DNA from: a virus
Taxonomy: Duplodnaviria; Caudoviricetes
Direction: 5' to 3' (one strand)
IMG/VR virus record: IMGVR_UViG_3300018757_000023
Location: 1-54,501 of that record
Length of the DNA stretch: 54,501 bases
A model generated the notes under the pieces. That model saw only the letters and a list, made by a program, of their open reading frames with translations, had not been told where the DNA came from and searched no databases. A program made the position numbers and the translations under genes. Shown here piece by piece: positions 1 through 9,060 of the stretch; the stretch's first letter is position 1, and every line of letters begins with the position of its first letter.

Positions 1-449
1 TCGAGGAAGAAGCCACATTATCCTATGAACAGCTCATGGCGCTGCCCAAAGGGAATTCCACCAATGACATTCACTGCGTGACAGGATGGAGCAAGCTGGA
101 CAACGTCTGGGAAGGGATTCCTGTCGAAGAAATCACCAAGCTCGTCCGCATCAAGCCGGAAGCCAAATACGTCATGCTGCACGCGGAGCAGGGCTGGACA
201 GCCAACCTACCGCTTGCAGACTTTCTTGCCCCAGGCAATCTCTTTGCCTACAAGCACAACGGGGAGGATCTGACTCCTGAACACGGTTGGCCGCTTCGTT
301 TTGTGGTGCCGCATCTGTATTTCTGGAAAAGCGCCAAGTGGGTGCGGGGAATTGAGTTTATGGAGAAGGATCGGCAAGGCTTTTGGGAGAAGAATGGGTA
401 TAATATGTACGGTGACCCGTGGAAATCTCAAAGATTCGCTTGGGATTAA
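1..449 (+). CDS. yuiH: Host sulfite oxidase-like molybdopterin oxidoreductase (YuiH/MsrP family), 5'-truncated by the window; 3' end supplied by phage attP
   Basis: DIHCVTGWS, HGWPLRFVVPHLYFWKSAKW and GFWE..GY...GDPW motifs typical of this family. Confidence 0.85.
   Translation, partial: EEEATLSYEQLMALPKGNSTNDIHCVTGWSKLDNVWEGIPVEEITKLVRIKPEAKYVMLHAEQGWTANLPLADFLAPGNLFAYKHNGEDLTPEHGWPLRFVVPHLYFWKSAKWVRGIEFMEKDRQGFWEKNGYNMYGDPWKSQRFAWD
398..449 (+). other. attL (host B arm + phage P' arm), predicted crossover dinucleotide GA at 414-415
   Basis: GACCCGTGGAAA shared with the right end; ACGG-TGAC-CCGT dyad centred on GA; phage arm encodes SQRFAWD*. Confidence 0.85.
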
Positions 450-1918
450 CTAAGAAGCTTAAAGTCTGTAACCACAACTTCAGCAAATCTGCCGGGTCCG
501 CCTTTGGTGTACTCGGCAGTACAATTTATAGTGATCGATTCAAAAATTTCTCTTAAAAAGATTTTTTTAGCTTTTTCATCATCGGTGTTTTCCCAGACTT
601 CTCGCACTTTTGATAATTGATTAACGATCTCTTCCTTTGTCAAACGAGTTTCCGTATGCTCGGGTATAGATCGAATTTCTTCTAATAGTTCAGTCTCTCG
701 TTGGTTATCCTCACTTGTGCGTTCCTTTAACTCTTCTAAAGTAATAGCATCATCTGCATAGGCCAGCTGCCATTTCTTTTTTCTGCGTTTGATTTGTTCG
801 AGTTCCTTTTTTAACGATTCGAGGTAATCTTGCCTTTCCGAAACTGCACTATCTATAGAAATTTTTATTAACTTTCTCAACTGCTCTGAGTCATAGGCTA
901 GTGATGACAGGAAGGCTTCCTGCACTTTTACATCATTTACAGTAGGCATGTTACAAGTCCCGTATTGCGCACGCCCAGTGCATCTATAGTATCTATGCCT
1001 GCCGTTAGATTTTTTAGCAGAAAATCCAGTCATAGCATAACCGCACCTTGCACATCGTAGAATGCCAGAAAAAGCATAATCGGAGGAAACGGTTTTTCCA
1101 CCTTTAGAACGCAATGATATTTCATTAAATACTCGTTGAAAAAGTACTTCATCGATAATTGGCTCATGGTCGGATTCGCTTATAACTGCTTGTCCCGTTG
1201 GTTTACCACTTGCTTTACGATAGTTCCAACGAAGTTTTCCGCAGTATGCGGGATTCGTTAGAACGTAACGAACAGCGGAATAGTTCCAAATTTTGTCGTC
1301 AGGCTTGTTTGGGTCTCGGTTAAGCGAAACTGCTATTTCTCTAAAACCAGCTAACTTGTTAGTATACATATCGAAAATTTTCTTCACTATTTCGGCTTGT
1401 TCTGGATTTATTACAAGTTTGCCGTTTTCCAAATCGTACCCGTAAGGAGCTTTCGCACCGTTCCTTAGTCCTTTCTGGTGGCGCTCCATCATTACAAAAT
1501 GAACCCTTTCCGATATTTGCTCTCGTTCGAACTGACCCAAGAGAACGTTTAACCCGACATTAAAGCGGTCAAACGCAGTTGTCTCTTTTAAGTTTTCGCC
1601 TATTGCGCTTCTCAGTTCGACACTATGTTTTTTCAAAATGTCTTGAAGAACATGCCAGTCCCTCCCGTCACGAGTCCAACGGTCCAACTTCCAAAAGGCG
1701 ATAAAATCCGGGCGGATAGTTTCGATATCTTTGATAAGCCGCTGCAAATCAGGTCTTCTCATGTTTTTAGCGGAGTAACCCTCATCAACATAAACTCCGA
1801 CTAAGTTAGCTCCCCATTCAGCAAACTTGCGATCAAGTAAGCTTTTTTGAGCTGTAATAGAGTAACCCTCAATTGCTTGTTCTTCGTCGGATACCCTGAT
1901 ATATTGGATACCTCGCAC
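446..1918 (-). CDS. Large serine recombinase (phage integrase)
   Basis: YIRVS catalytic Ser, DRWTR, recombinase domain, CxxC...C zinc ribbon, coiled coil; AGGAGG upstream of GTG 1918 (ORF track starts at 1936). Confidence 0.95.
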   Translation of the reverse strand: MRGIQYIRVSDEEQAIEGYSITAQKSLLDRKFAEWGANLVGVYVDEGYSAKNMRRPDLQRLIKDIETIRPDFIAFWKLDRWTRDGRDWHVLQDILKKHSVELRSAIGENLKETTAFDRFNVGLNVLLGQFEREQISERVHFVMMERHQKGLRNGAKAPYGYDLENGKLVINPEQAEIVKKIFDMYTNKLAGFREIAVSLNRDPNKPDDKIWNYSAVRYVLTNPAYCGKLRWNYRKASGKPTGQAVISESDHEPIIDEVLFQRVFNEISLRSKGGKTVSSDYAFSGILRCARCGYAMTGFSAKKSNGRHRYYRCTGRAQYGTCNMPTVNDVKVQEAFLSSLAYDSEQLRKLIKISIDSAVSERQDYLESLKKELEQIKRRKKKWQLAYADDAITLEELKERTSEDNQRETELLEEIRSIPEHTETRLTKEEIVNQLSKVREVWENTDDEKAKKIFLREIFESITINCTAEYTKGGPGRFAEVVVTDFKLLS

Positions 1919-1932
1919 TCTCAAACGCCTCC

Positions 1933-2340
1933 TCAATAAAATATGTGCATTTCTTCTGGGATGCCATTTCGTCTTAAAAGTTCTGAAATTGATTCCCCTT
2001 CATCTAATGTGTCTCCAGCAGTCAAAAGTCTAACAGCAAACTTATTTGCTTGTCGTTCGTATTTACCGGGATTCCGAAAAGAATGCTCGTCCAACCAAAA
2101 GCGACTGAATCCTGGATGAAGCCGATCGTGCCCCAACTCGTGCGCGCAAATAAATCGTTGCCAGTTTTCATCGAGATCTTCATGGATTACAATATACCGC
2201 CTTCTTAACTTTCTCATATAAAATCCACGAGTACTATTTCCTAAATCATGAAACCAGATATTAATGTTCAATCTTTTAGCAAGTTCAAAAGGACAATGGG
2301 TTTTATGTTTGCGGATGAGTGTTCGGATAAGCTTGTCCAT
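1933..2340 (-). CDS. immA: ImmA/IrrE-family metallopeptidase (anti-repressor protease)
   Basis: HELGH (HExxH) and E.QAN.FA motifs; lies between integrase and repressor. Confidence 0.9.
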   Translation of the reverse strand: MDKLIRTLIRKHKTHCPFELAKRLNINIWFHDLGNSTRGFYMRKLRRRYIVIHEDLDENWQRFICAHELGHDRLHPGFSRFWLDEHSFRNPGKYERQANKFAVRLLTAGDTLDEGESISELLRRNGIPEEMHIFY

Positions 2341-2354
2341 TCCATCCCCCTGTA

Positions 2355-2780
2355 TTAATCTCCGACAGGTTTCCTCTTGTTTTTCTTTTTTGCATCCCAG
2401 AAGATCGCTTCCATGACTTTTAAAACTTTCTCTTTGTCTTCATCATCTAAAGGGACTCCATCAAACATAATAGGAGAATCTTCTAATAACATTTTCTTGA
2501 AATCTCGAATATCTTTAGGAGAAGCCCATTTAGGAATTGACGTATCTGTTGGATTAGAATTTTCCTCGGATTTAAAAGGTGTATCAGTATGTCCGAGTAA
2601 ATAATCTGTTGTTACATTGAGTATTGAAGCTATTTGCGACAATTTTTCGCTTGGAGGAACACTTTTATTTCTTTCATAACTAGAAAAATTTGCTTCTGTC
2701 ATGTTCAACTTAGCTGCCATTTGACTTTGTGTGTAGCCTCGTTTGCGCCGGTATTCCTTAATTCTTGCGCCAAGAGTCAT
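2355..2780 (-). CDS. Xre/ImmR-like prophage repressor
   Basis: N-terminal HTH_3 (TQSQMAAKL...SSYE...DYLLG); divergent from a Cro-like gene. Confidence 0.9.
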   Translation of the reverse strand: MTLGARIKEYRRKRGYTQSQMAAKLNMTEANFSSYERNKSVPPSEKLSQIASILNVTTDYLLGHTDTPFKSEENSNPTDTSIPKWASPKDIRDFKKMLLEDSPIMFDGVPLDDEDKEKVLKVMEAIFWDAKKKNKRKPVGD

Positions 2781-2791
2781 TTTAGTCACTC

Positions 2792-2847
2792 CACAAATTA
2801 AAATTTAGTAAAAGGGTATTGCTCAAATTAAATTTGAGTGTTATATT
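2792..2847 (+). promoter_or_regulatory. Early lytic promoter overlapped by repressor operators
   Basis: TTGCTC(2819)-17 bp-TGnTATATT(2842); perfect dyad CTCAAATT-A-AATTTGAG at 2822-2838 and degenerate copy at 2792-2808. Confidence 0.7.
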
Positions 2848-2880
2848 GGGTATACGATAATAGGGAGGTGAAAAATAGAT

Positions 2881-3117
2881 ATGACAAAGACAATAGCTAA
2901 TCCTCGCATTCGATTCAAAGAACTACGCGAAGCAAAGGGGACTCAGCGCTTTGTTGCAGATGAACTGGGTATTACTGAAACCCATTTGCGTGAATTGGAA
3001 AACGGAAGATCAGTACCTGGGACTAGGCTATTGAAACGTATTGAGCACTACTTTGGAGTTCCAGATGAGGTGATTTTTCCAGACCTCCATAAGCCAGAAT
3101 TTTATTTACGCGGTTAA
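2881..3117 (+). CDS. Cro-like HTH regulator
   Basis: HTH_3 pattern, GGAGGTG RBS, divergent from repressor. Confidence 0.85.
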   Translation: MTKTIANPRIRFKELREAKGTQRFVADELGITETHLRELENGRSVPGTRLLKRIEHYFGVPDEVIFPDLHKPEFYLRG

Positions 3118-3227
3118 CTCAAATTTAGTTTTACCTCCGAAATGAATTATATACCTAAATTTGAGTTTCCGCAAGAGAAATTTGTGGTGCTTATTTAAGT
3201 ATGCCCTTTTATCAAATTTACTTTGGG
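3118..3227. promoter_or_regulatory. Additional degenerate repressor operator sites
   Basis: CTCAAATTTAGTTTTAC (3118), half-site AAATTTGAG (3157-3165) and ATCAAATTTACTTTGGG (3211) resemble the 2822 dyad. Confidence 0.5.
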
Positions 3228-3250
3228 TAGACGAGAAAGGAGAAGGTGTA

Positions 3251-3376
3251 TTGGAACAAGTTCAAATTGTGATCCCGCCAGAAAAATTAGCTGCTGCTTT
3301 GTCGAAGGCTTTCACAAAACCGTTACTCGCAAGACTTGAAAAAGAAAGTACTTCCAAGTTGGCAAGCGGCTCTTAA
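3251..3376 (+). CDS. Small hypothetical protein (41 aa)
   Basis: TTG start after AAGGAGAAGGTG. Confidence 0.5.
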   Translation: MEQVQIVIPPEKLAAALSKAFTKPLLARLEKESTSKLASGS

Positions 3377-3414
3377 GAGTCGCCACGATGGACAAGCAGA
3401 AAGGGGATGGGAAA

Positions 3415-4125
3415 GTGGATCAACTGCAAATCATTCAACAAAACGGTCAACTTTTCGTGGATAGCCGAGAAGTCGCAGAAATGCTCAACGTAAGACACGC
3501 TGATTTGTTGGGAAAAATCGACGGGTACATCAATCATTTAACCAACGGAAATTTCCGTTCGTCAGATTTTTTCATCGAAAGTGACTACCAGGACAATAAA
3601 GGCGAAATGAGACGTTGTTATCTCCTCACTCGCAAAGGCTGCGACATGGTAGCAAATAAGCTAACTGGTGAAAAAGGAGTCCTTTTCACCGCTGCATATG
3701 TGACCAAGTTTGAAGAAATGGAGCGCCAAACAGTCAATCCATACATCGGACTCAGCAGAGAACTGCAGGCCATCTTCGCAATCGATAAGAAAACGCAAGA
3801 AATCGAAACTCGCGTCGAAAATCTCGAACACAACATGACAGTAGATTACGGTCAGCAGTTAGCGCTCCAAAGAGCTGCAAAAGCACAAATCCTTCAGATC
3901 GTCGGTGGCAAAGAGTCTCCATCATATCGAAACAAACCTTTGCGGGACAAGCTGTTTAGTTCCATCTGGAGCGACTACAAGGATTACTTCAATGTTGGAT
4001 CATACAAAGACACTCCGGTCAAAGATTGTGAAAAGGCAAAGGACTACCTCAAGAAATGGTCACCACAAGGCAAGCTGTTACGTGAGGTAGAGGAAGCGAA
4101 CAGGCAACTTACATTTGTTAGTTGA
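3415..4125 (+). CDS. Rha-family regulator/antirepressor with ORF6C-like C-terminus
   Basis: VDSREVAEM...CYLLTRKGCDMVANKLTGEKG..FTAAYV..FEEME Rha signature. Confidence 0.85.
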   Translation: MDQLQIIQQNGQLFVDSREVAEMLNVRHADLLGKIDGYINHLTNGNFRSSDFFIESDYQDNKGEMRRCYLLTRKGCDMVANKLTGEKGVLFTAAYVTKFEEMERQTVNPYIGLSRELQAIFAIDKKTQEIETRVENLEHNMTVDYGQQLALQRAAKAQILQIVGGKESPSYRNKPLRDKLFSSIWSDYKDYFNVGSYKDTPVKDCEKAKDYLKKWSPQGKLLREVEEANRQLTFVS

Positions 4126-4141
4126 AAGGGGCGGTAAGACA

Positions 4142-4375
4142 TTGCGTCGTCTCAAACAATCGATTGAAGTGATCACTTTGTTGGCGCTTATCGTGACCAC
4201 GATACTAAACTGGTCTACTTTTCAAAAAAGAAAAGAGCTCAATCAACAGTATGAATTGGTGATTGAGCAGCAGAAAAAAACAAATCAAGAAATAGATCTG
4301 ATTGTCAGGGAATCCCGGGATCTCCTTGGTCGCCTTCGTGATCGTCTGACCAATCAGGGAAGTGAGAACCAATAA
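4142..4375 (+). CDS. Small membrane-anchored coiled-coil protein
   Basis: Hydrophobic stretch VITLLALIVTTIL; overlaps the convergent gene by about 70 bp. Confidence 0.45.
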   Translation: MRRLKQSIEVITLLALIVTTILNWSTFQKRKELNQQYELVIEQQKKTNQEIDLIVRESRDLLGRLRDRLTNQGSENQ

Positions 4376-4991
4376 AGGAAAAAATATTATCGAGTGTTTC
4401 ATATACCTCTTCTATTGCTTCTGCAGTTTTTTCCTTGACGTTGTTAGCGATGGTTCCTTCCTGAGAACTATTCGAATCAAACCAAGCTAAAAGAGCGATC
4501 AAAATTCCGGCAAGGGTAATTAAATCCTTCCAGGTAAAGCGATTCGACTCAGGTTGAATGTGAATGTGAATTTCCTGATTAATCACTGGATACTCAGTCA
4601 CCAATTCTTCTATTTGTTCAATCTCAGCATCGAAATACTCAGACTCAGTAACTTTTTCAATAACTGGATTCCAGCGGTCAATCACTTCAGCGGTTATTGC
4701 ACTACGCACTACTTCTTCTAAACGAAGCTGGTGTTCCAGCATCAATTTCATAGCAGGTGCAATGCTTTCGCGATTTGAATCAATGATGCTTTGCATTTTT
4801 CGAACCGTCTCATTTAGCTGAACTAACGGACCAGATTCGATAGCTGAATAAACCTGTAGCAAAGGCAAGAAAGAACGTTTGATCATTTCCTCATGTCGGA
4901 TAACTTGCTCAACAGGAAAGCTTATATTTCTCATCACTTTTTGAAATTGCTCTAACTGCCGACGCACAGGTTCAAATGGATCATCAATCAT
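4305..4991 (-). CDS. Moron-like hypothetical protein with C-terminal TM helix
   Basis: GAGGAGG RBS before ATG 4991; antisense to the early operon; SigH-like promoter at 5037-5063. Confidence 0.7.
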   Translation of the reverse strand: MIDDPFEPVRRQLEQFQKVMRNISFPVEQVIRHEEMIKRSFLPLLQVYSAIESGPLVQLNETVRKMQSIIDSNRESIAPAMKLMLEHQLRLEEVVRSAITAEVIDRWNPVIEKVTESEYFDAEIEQIEELVTEYPVINQEIHIHIQPESNRFTWKDLITLAGILIALLAWFDSNSSQEGTIANNVKEKTAEAIEEVYETLDNIFSFIGSHFPDWSDDHEGDQGDPGIP

Positions 4992-5162
4992 GGAATACCT
5001 CCTCTCATATGAAATGGTAAGTCTGGACAACAAACCATTTCGACATGCAGGAGGATAGTCCTACCAAAAGAGAGAGGGTAACAATGAAGGAGTACAGCAA
5101 ACGTTTGGATGGCCTGGAACAATTTCTAAAGGAACAAAAATCAAAAGTAAGGGAGTAGAGAC

Positions 5163-5402
5163 ATGAAACAAACAGCAGTGGAACCGATCAGTCGGGAAGA
5201 CTTCGCGGAGTTTGTAAGGAACATGCGGAAGGCTGCACGGATCACACAGAAGCGATTGGGTGAGTTGCTTGGTACAGATCAACCAGCAATTAATAGATGG
5301 GAACACGGCGCTTATATGCCGCGCGAGGCAGACGTAGTAATCAAACGCATTCGCGAAGTTGTCAGAAGGGAAATTCAACTAAGGAGGATGTTGGAGACAT
5401 GA
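5163..5402 (+). CDS. Xre-family HTH protein
   Basis: ITQKRLGELLG..QPAINRWEHG. Confidence 0.8.
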   Translation: MKQTAVEPISREDFAEFVRNMRKAARITQKRLGELLGTDQPAINRWEHGAYMPREADVVIKRIREVVRREIQLRRMLET

Positions 5403-5887
5403 TCGATGTAACGGAACACTTGGGGCTTGTTTGGAAAATCATTAACAAATACAACTATACTCCGCCACTTGGAATGGATGAAGATGATCTTTTCCAGACC
5501 GGATGCATTGGATTGATGACAGCGGCTAGGAAATTTAACGCAGAGTTAGGATACACATTTTCGACATACGCAGCTACTTGGATCAGAGCCGAACTTCAAC
5601 GAATGTATGACTATCACGGCAGGCAAAAGCGTCGTAAAGTTCCCATGAGCCTGGATAAACTTCTGGATAATAGCAAGTCGAGCTTAGCAGAAATTATTCC
5701 GGATACCGTTTCGATAGAAAGTGAAGTGATAGCTAGTAATTTAAAAAAGGCTTACAGCGAAAGGGAGCCGATAATCACAAGGATGCTTCTTCGGGGATAT
5801 ACGCAAAAAGAGATCGGTAAGGAGTTAGGTATATCTCATCAGCGTGTATCAATAAGAATTCAAAATTTGAGGAAGATGGTTGTATGA
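5399..5887 (+). CDS. Phage-encoded sigma-70 family factor (SigF/SigG/SigB-like region 2 plus region 4)
   Basis: HLGLV, EDDLFQTGCIGL, FSTYA..WI and YTQKEIGKELGISHQRVS motifs. Confidence 0.85.
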   Translation: MIDVTEHLGLVWKIINKYNYTPPLGMDEDDLFQTGCIGLMTAARKFNAELGYTFSTYAATWIRAELQRMYDYHGRQKRRKVPMSLDKLLDNSKSSLAEIIPDTVSIESEVIASNLKKAYSEREPIITRMLLRGYTQKEIGKELGISHQRVSIRIQNLRKMVV

Positions 5888-6105
5888 TCCATACACTTCG
5901 ACGGAGACTGCTGTTTTACCAAAGAGAAATGGCTGATGCCAAGAGCAAAGGTGATGACGTTGCTCACGATTTTTACCGTAATCTCACGCGAGAGTTGTCA
6001 GAGACGATCCAAGAAAAAGAAAAAACAGTCTGCTCGCAACAGACTGTACAAACTCAATATACCCGTCCTCAGTTTAATGGACAATTGATCGGAGGTCAAG
6101 TATGA
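5884..6105 (+). CDS. Hypothetical protein
   Basis: ATGA-coupled within the early operon. Confidence 0.55.
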   Translation: MIHTLRRRLLFYQREMADAKSKGDDVAHDFYRNLTRELSETIQEKEKTVCSQQTVQTQYTRPQFNGQLIGGQV

Positions 6106-6356
6106 AGCCGATTAAACATCAGATTGATGAGCTTTTGAGAGAGATAGACGACCTTATTGGGATGAAGCTAGAAGCCGAATCCGAGTGGAAGCACCATTCG
6201 GACGAGTCTATCAGGCACAGGAACAGAGCCGAAGAAGCTGAACAGCGAATGAATGATCTCCAAGACAATATCGAATACAGACTAGCAAAAATCACGGATC
6301 TGGAGGAACAAGAAAATGGACAGATTCCAGGAGCCGACGCAGCAGAAAGTGCTTGA
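6102..6356 (+). CDS. Hypothetical coiled-coil protein
   Basis: GGAGG RBS, ATGA overlap. Confidence 0.6.
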   Translation: MKPIKHQIDELLREIDDLIGMKLEAESEWKHHSDESIRHRNRAEEAEQRMNDLQDNIEYRLAKITDLEEQENGQIPGADAAESA

Positions 6357-6489
6357 TTATTGCGAAGAGTGCGGTGCAGAGATATACGAGGGTCAGCTTG
6401 CGACCACATTGGAAAGTGATTTGTTTTGCAATGACCGGTGCTTATTTAACTATTTGGGAGCCGTGACGATCACGGCTGGGGAGGGATAA
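6316..6489 (+). CDS. Small Zn-finger protein (57 aa; not in ORF track)
   Basis: Read from sequence: MDRFQEP...YCEECG...FCNDRC...; GGAGG RBS. Confidence 0.6.
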   Translation: MDRFQEPTQQKVLDYCEECGAEIYEGQLATTLESDLFCNDRCLFNYLGAVTITAGEG

Positions 6490-6492
6490 GAA

Positions 6493-7017
6493 GTGAATTT
6501 ATCTTTAACCGAAAAGTTAAGGTCAGTAAAGCCCAGGGGCAAAAAAGTTTTGTTTGTATGCGTTGGAACTGATCGTTCAACCGGAGACGCACTCGGTCCG
6601 ATAGTTGGCACAAAATTAAAAGCCAAGGGATATGACGTCTTGGGAACAATCGATGATCCGGTACATGCCCAAAACATTTCCGAAACGATCGAATACATCG
6701 AAAAGACATACAAAGATTACTTTGTGATCGCGATCGATGCATCCCTTGGAAAATTCAACGATGTTGGAAAGATAAAAATCAAAAAAGAGGCCTTGAAACC
6801 GGGTGCAGGAGTGGGTAAAAAACTGCCTGAGATTGGCGATGTAACAATAGCCGGGATTGTAAATGTAGGTGGATATATGGAGTATTTTGTTCTCCAAAAT
6901 ACGCGACTTTCGTTAGTGATGAGAATGGCTGACGAAATATTTCAAGTAATCCAAAAAGAAATTCGTCCTCCAAGGCGTTCAAAGAGATTGCGTGAAATGT
7001 TTGCATTAGGAAGCTGA
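6493..7017 (+). CDS. yyaC: Spore protease YyaC (DUF1256, GPR-like)
   Basis: CVGTDRSTGDALGP.VG, PVHA.N, IAIDASLG, PGAGV.K.LP.IGD and LQNTRL motifs. Confidence 0.9.
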   Translation: MNLSLTEKLRSVKPRGKKVLFVCVGTDRSTGDALGPIVGTKLKAKGYDVLGTIDDPVHAQNISETIEYIEKTYKDYFVIAIDASLGKFNDVGKIKIKKEALKPGAGVGKKLPEIGDVTIAGIVNVGGYMEYFVLQNTRLSLVMRMADEIFQVIQKEIRPPRRSKRLREMFALGS

Positions 7018-7111
7018 GAAGTAGCTTTTTATCGAGCGTGGCGCAGTCATCGGAGCTGTAGCGGTCTGTAGAGGTAGGGGCATGACGTAACTCGATTAGG
7101 GAGGTATTCGC

Positions 7112-7678
7112 ATGAATGCATTGATGAATATGGAGTTGGACGAGCTCCAAGAGATTGCTTTTCAGTTGCCGGAAGCCGAAGTAAAGCAACGTTTTCGCAT
7201 CACAGACTTGGATTCGTTGAACTGGACATTGCGCAAGTTGGCAGCGCTTGAAGCGAAGCGTAAAGAACACGAAGCCCTGGCAAAGAAAGAATATGAGCGA
7301 ATCCAGGCATGGGAAGAGAAGGTCAGTAAAGATATCGAGGACCATAAACAGTTCCTGACTATGCTCATTGAAGACTTCGCAAGATCACAACGGGCCGTAG
7401 ATCCGAAGTGGAAAGCATCTACACCATACGGGAAAGTCGGTTTCCGTAAGCAACAACCAAAGTGGTCGTATGACGAACAGAAGGCCCTAGAATCAATCGA
7501 AGCCTCTGGCCTGGATAAATATGTCCGTGTGAAAAAAGAACTGGATAAGGTGTCTCTAAAAGCTTCTGTGCAGGTATTGGAAGATGGTCGAGTGATTGAT
7601 GTAGATACAGGGTCATTTATCGAAGGCGTAACCGTACTGGAGCAGCCAGAAGCCTTGAAAGTGGAGGTTGCGGAATGA
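7112..7678 (+). CDS. Mu Gam-like host-nuclease inhibitor
   Basis: F.ITD..S.NW.LRK, STPYGKVGFRKQQPKW; precedes the SSAP. Confidence 0.8.
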   Translation: MNALMNMELDELQEIAFQLPEAEVKQRFRITDLDSLNWTLRKLAALEAKRKEHEALAKKEYERIQAWEEKVSKDIEDHKQFLTMLIEDFARSQRAVDPKWKASTPYGKVGFRKQQPKWSYDEQKALESIEASGLDKYVRVKKELDKVSLKASVQVLEDGRVIDVDTGSFIEGVTVLEQPEALKVEVAE

Positions 7679-8256
7679 GCAAAGCCCAGCTGTATCAAAA
7701 AATCCATAAGGTCATGCAAGACATCGAGTATCTGCAGAAGGATGACAGCGTGGAATTTAAGAGCACGAAATACAAAGCCATTTCAGAGGAGAAGGTTACA
7801 TCAACTGTTAGGGCCAGCTTGATCAAAAATGGTTTGATCATCCTCCCTATTGAGCAAGCCCACAAACGGGAAGAAACGCTAACGACAGTGGATACAAAGT
7901 ACAAAATCATCGATATTGAGACAGGCGAATTTGAGACGATCGTTTCTTCTGGCACAGGCGCTGACACACAGGATAAAGGCGTAGGTAAAGCGATGACATA
8001 CAGCTATAAGTATCTCCTGCTGCGTTCATTCGCCATTCCGACAGGTGATGACCCGGATAAAGTCAGCAGCGCCGAATTGGATGAAGAGGCAAAGCAAAAA
8101 CGTCTTGCCGTAATCAAAGCAAAGTACGAAACGTTCAGAGCGACCGATGACGGTTTCGAAGAGTTCATGTCAAATTGCTACAAAAACAACTGGAGCGACA
8201 AGCGAATTGAACAATATTTAACCCAGAAGATAGCAGAAATGAATAAGGGGGCGTAA
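7675..8256 (+). CDS. ERF-family single-strand annealing protein
   Basis: G.D..DKG.GKAMTY..KY.L...F.IPTGDDPD ERF motif. Confidence 0.85.
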   Translation: MSKAQLYQKIHKVMQDIEYLQKDDSVEFKSTKYKAISEEKVTSTVRASLIKNGLIILPIEQAHKREETLTTVDTKYKIIDIETGEFETIVSSGTGADTQDKGVGKAMTYSYKYLLLRSFAIPTGDDPDKVSSAELDEEAKQKRLAVIKAKYETFRATDDGFEEFMSNCYKNNWSDKRIEQYLTQKIAEMNKGA

Positions 8257-8260
8257 AAGC

Positions 8261-8674
8261 ATGAATCACGTTGCGTTGATTGGTCGTTGGGCAAAAGATG
8301 TTGAGTTGCGGTACACGACAAATGGTAAGGCTGTGGCAAGCGGAAACCTTGCTGTGAGCGATGGATACGGTGACAAAAAGCAAACTTCCTATATTCCGAT
8401 CGTGTTCTGGAACAAACTTGCTGAGAATGTAGCCCAATACAGCGGTGCAAAAGGCAGACAAATCGCAATTGAGGGGCGTATTTCGCAACGATCCTATGAA
8501 AAAGACGGCCAGAAGCGATACGTACTCGAAGTAGTCGCCACAAACGCTGAGTTCATTGGCAGTAGCAATTCCGAGGATCAGAAGCCGGCAAAAAATGACT
8601 TTGATCCGTTTGCAGATCCATTCGCAAATGCCGGAAAGCCCATCAACATATCCGATGATGATCTTCCGTTCTAG
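8261..8674 (+). CDS. ssb: Single-stranded DNA-binding protein
   Basis: N.V.LIGR...D.ELRYT..G OB fold; acidic tail DDDLPF. Confidence 0.95.
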   Translation: MNHVALIGRWAKDVELRYTTNGKAVASGNLAVSDGYGDKKQTSYIPIVFWNKLAENVAQYSGAKGRQIAIEGRISQRSYEKDGQKRYVLEVVATNAEFIGSSNSEDQKPAKNDFDPFADPFANAGKPINISDDDLPF

Positions 8675-8685
8675 GTGGTGGTCAG

Positions 8686-9039
8686 ATGATGCCAGTCAAC
8701 GAATACCCAAAGTCACGACAATTAAAGCACAAACGCCGCTCGCCAAAACGTCGAGAGCGCGGCAGAATCAAGCCGAAAACTTACGCTAGGGTGTTTGATC
8801 GGGACCGCGGTCAATGCGCCAGGTGCGGACGTGGGACAAACCTAGAAGCACACCACGCAATCTATCGTTCGCATGGTGGGAGTGGTGAGGAATGGAACGT
8901 TGCATTAGCTTGCGGTCCGGTGACACGGAAAGGTTCGTGTCACTGGGCAGCTCATAACATACCGGAAGTGCGGAAATGGTTCGAGGCTTATTTGAGAAAA
9001 CTGTATCCAGATAAATGGCCGGTTGCGCAAATGGAATGA
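8686..9039 (+). CDS. HNH endonuclease
   Basis: RDRGQCARCG...HH...RSHGG....N...C...CH. Confidence 0.85.
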   Translation: MMPVNEYPKSRQLKHKRRSPKRRERGRIKPKTYARVFDRDRGQCARCGRGTNLEAHHAIYRSHGGSGEEWNVALACGPVTRKGSCHWAAHNIPEVRKWFEAYLRKLYPDKWPVAQME

Positions 9040-9060
9040 CTCAAAATGGAGGGGAGAGGC

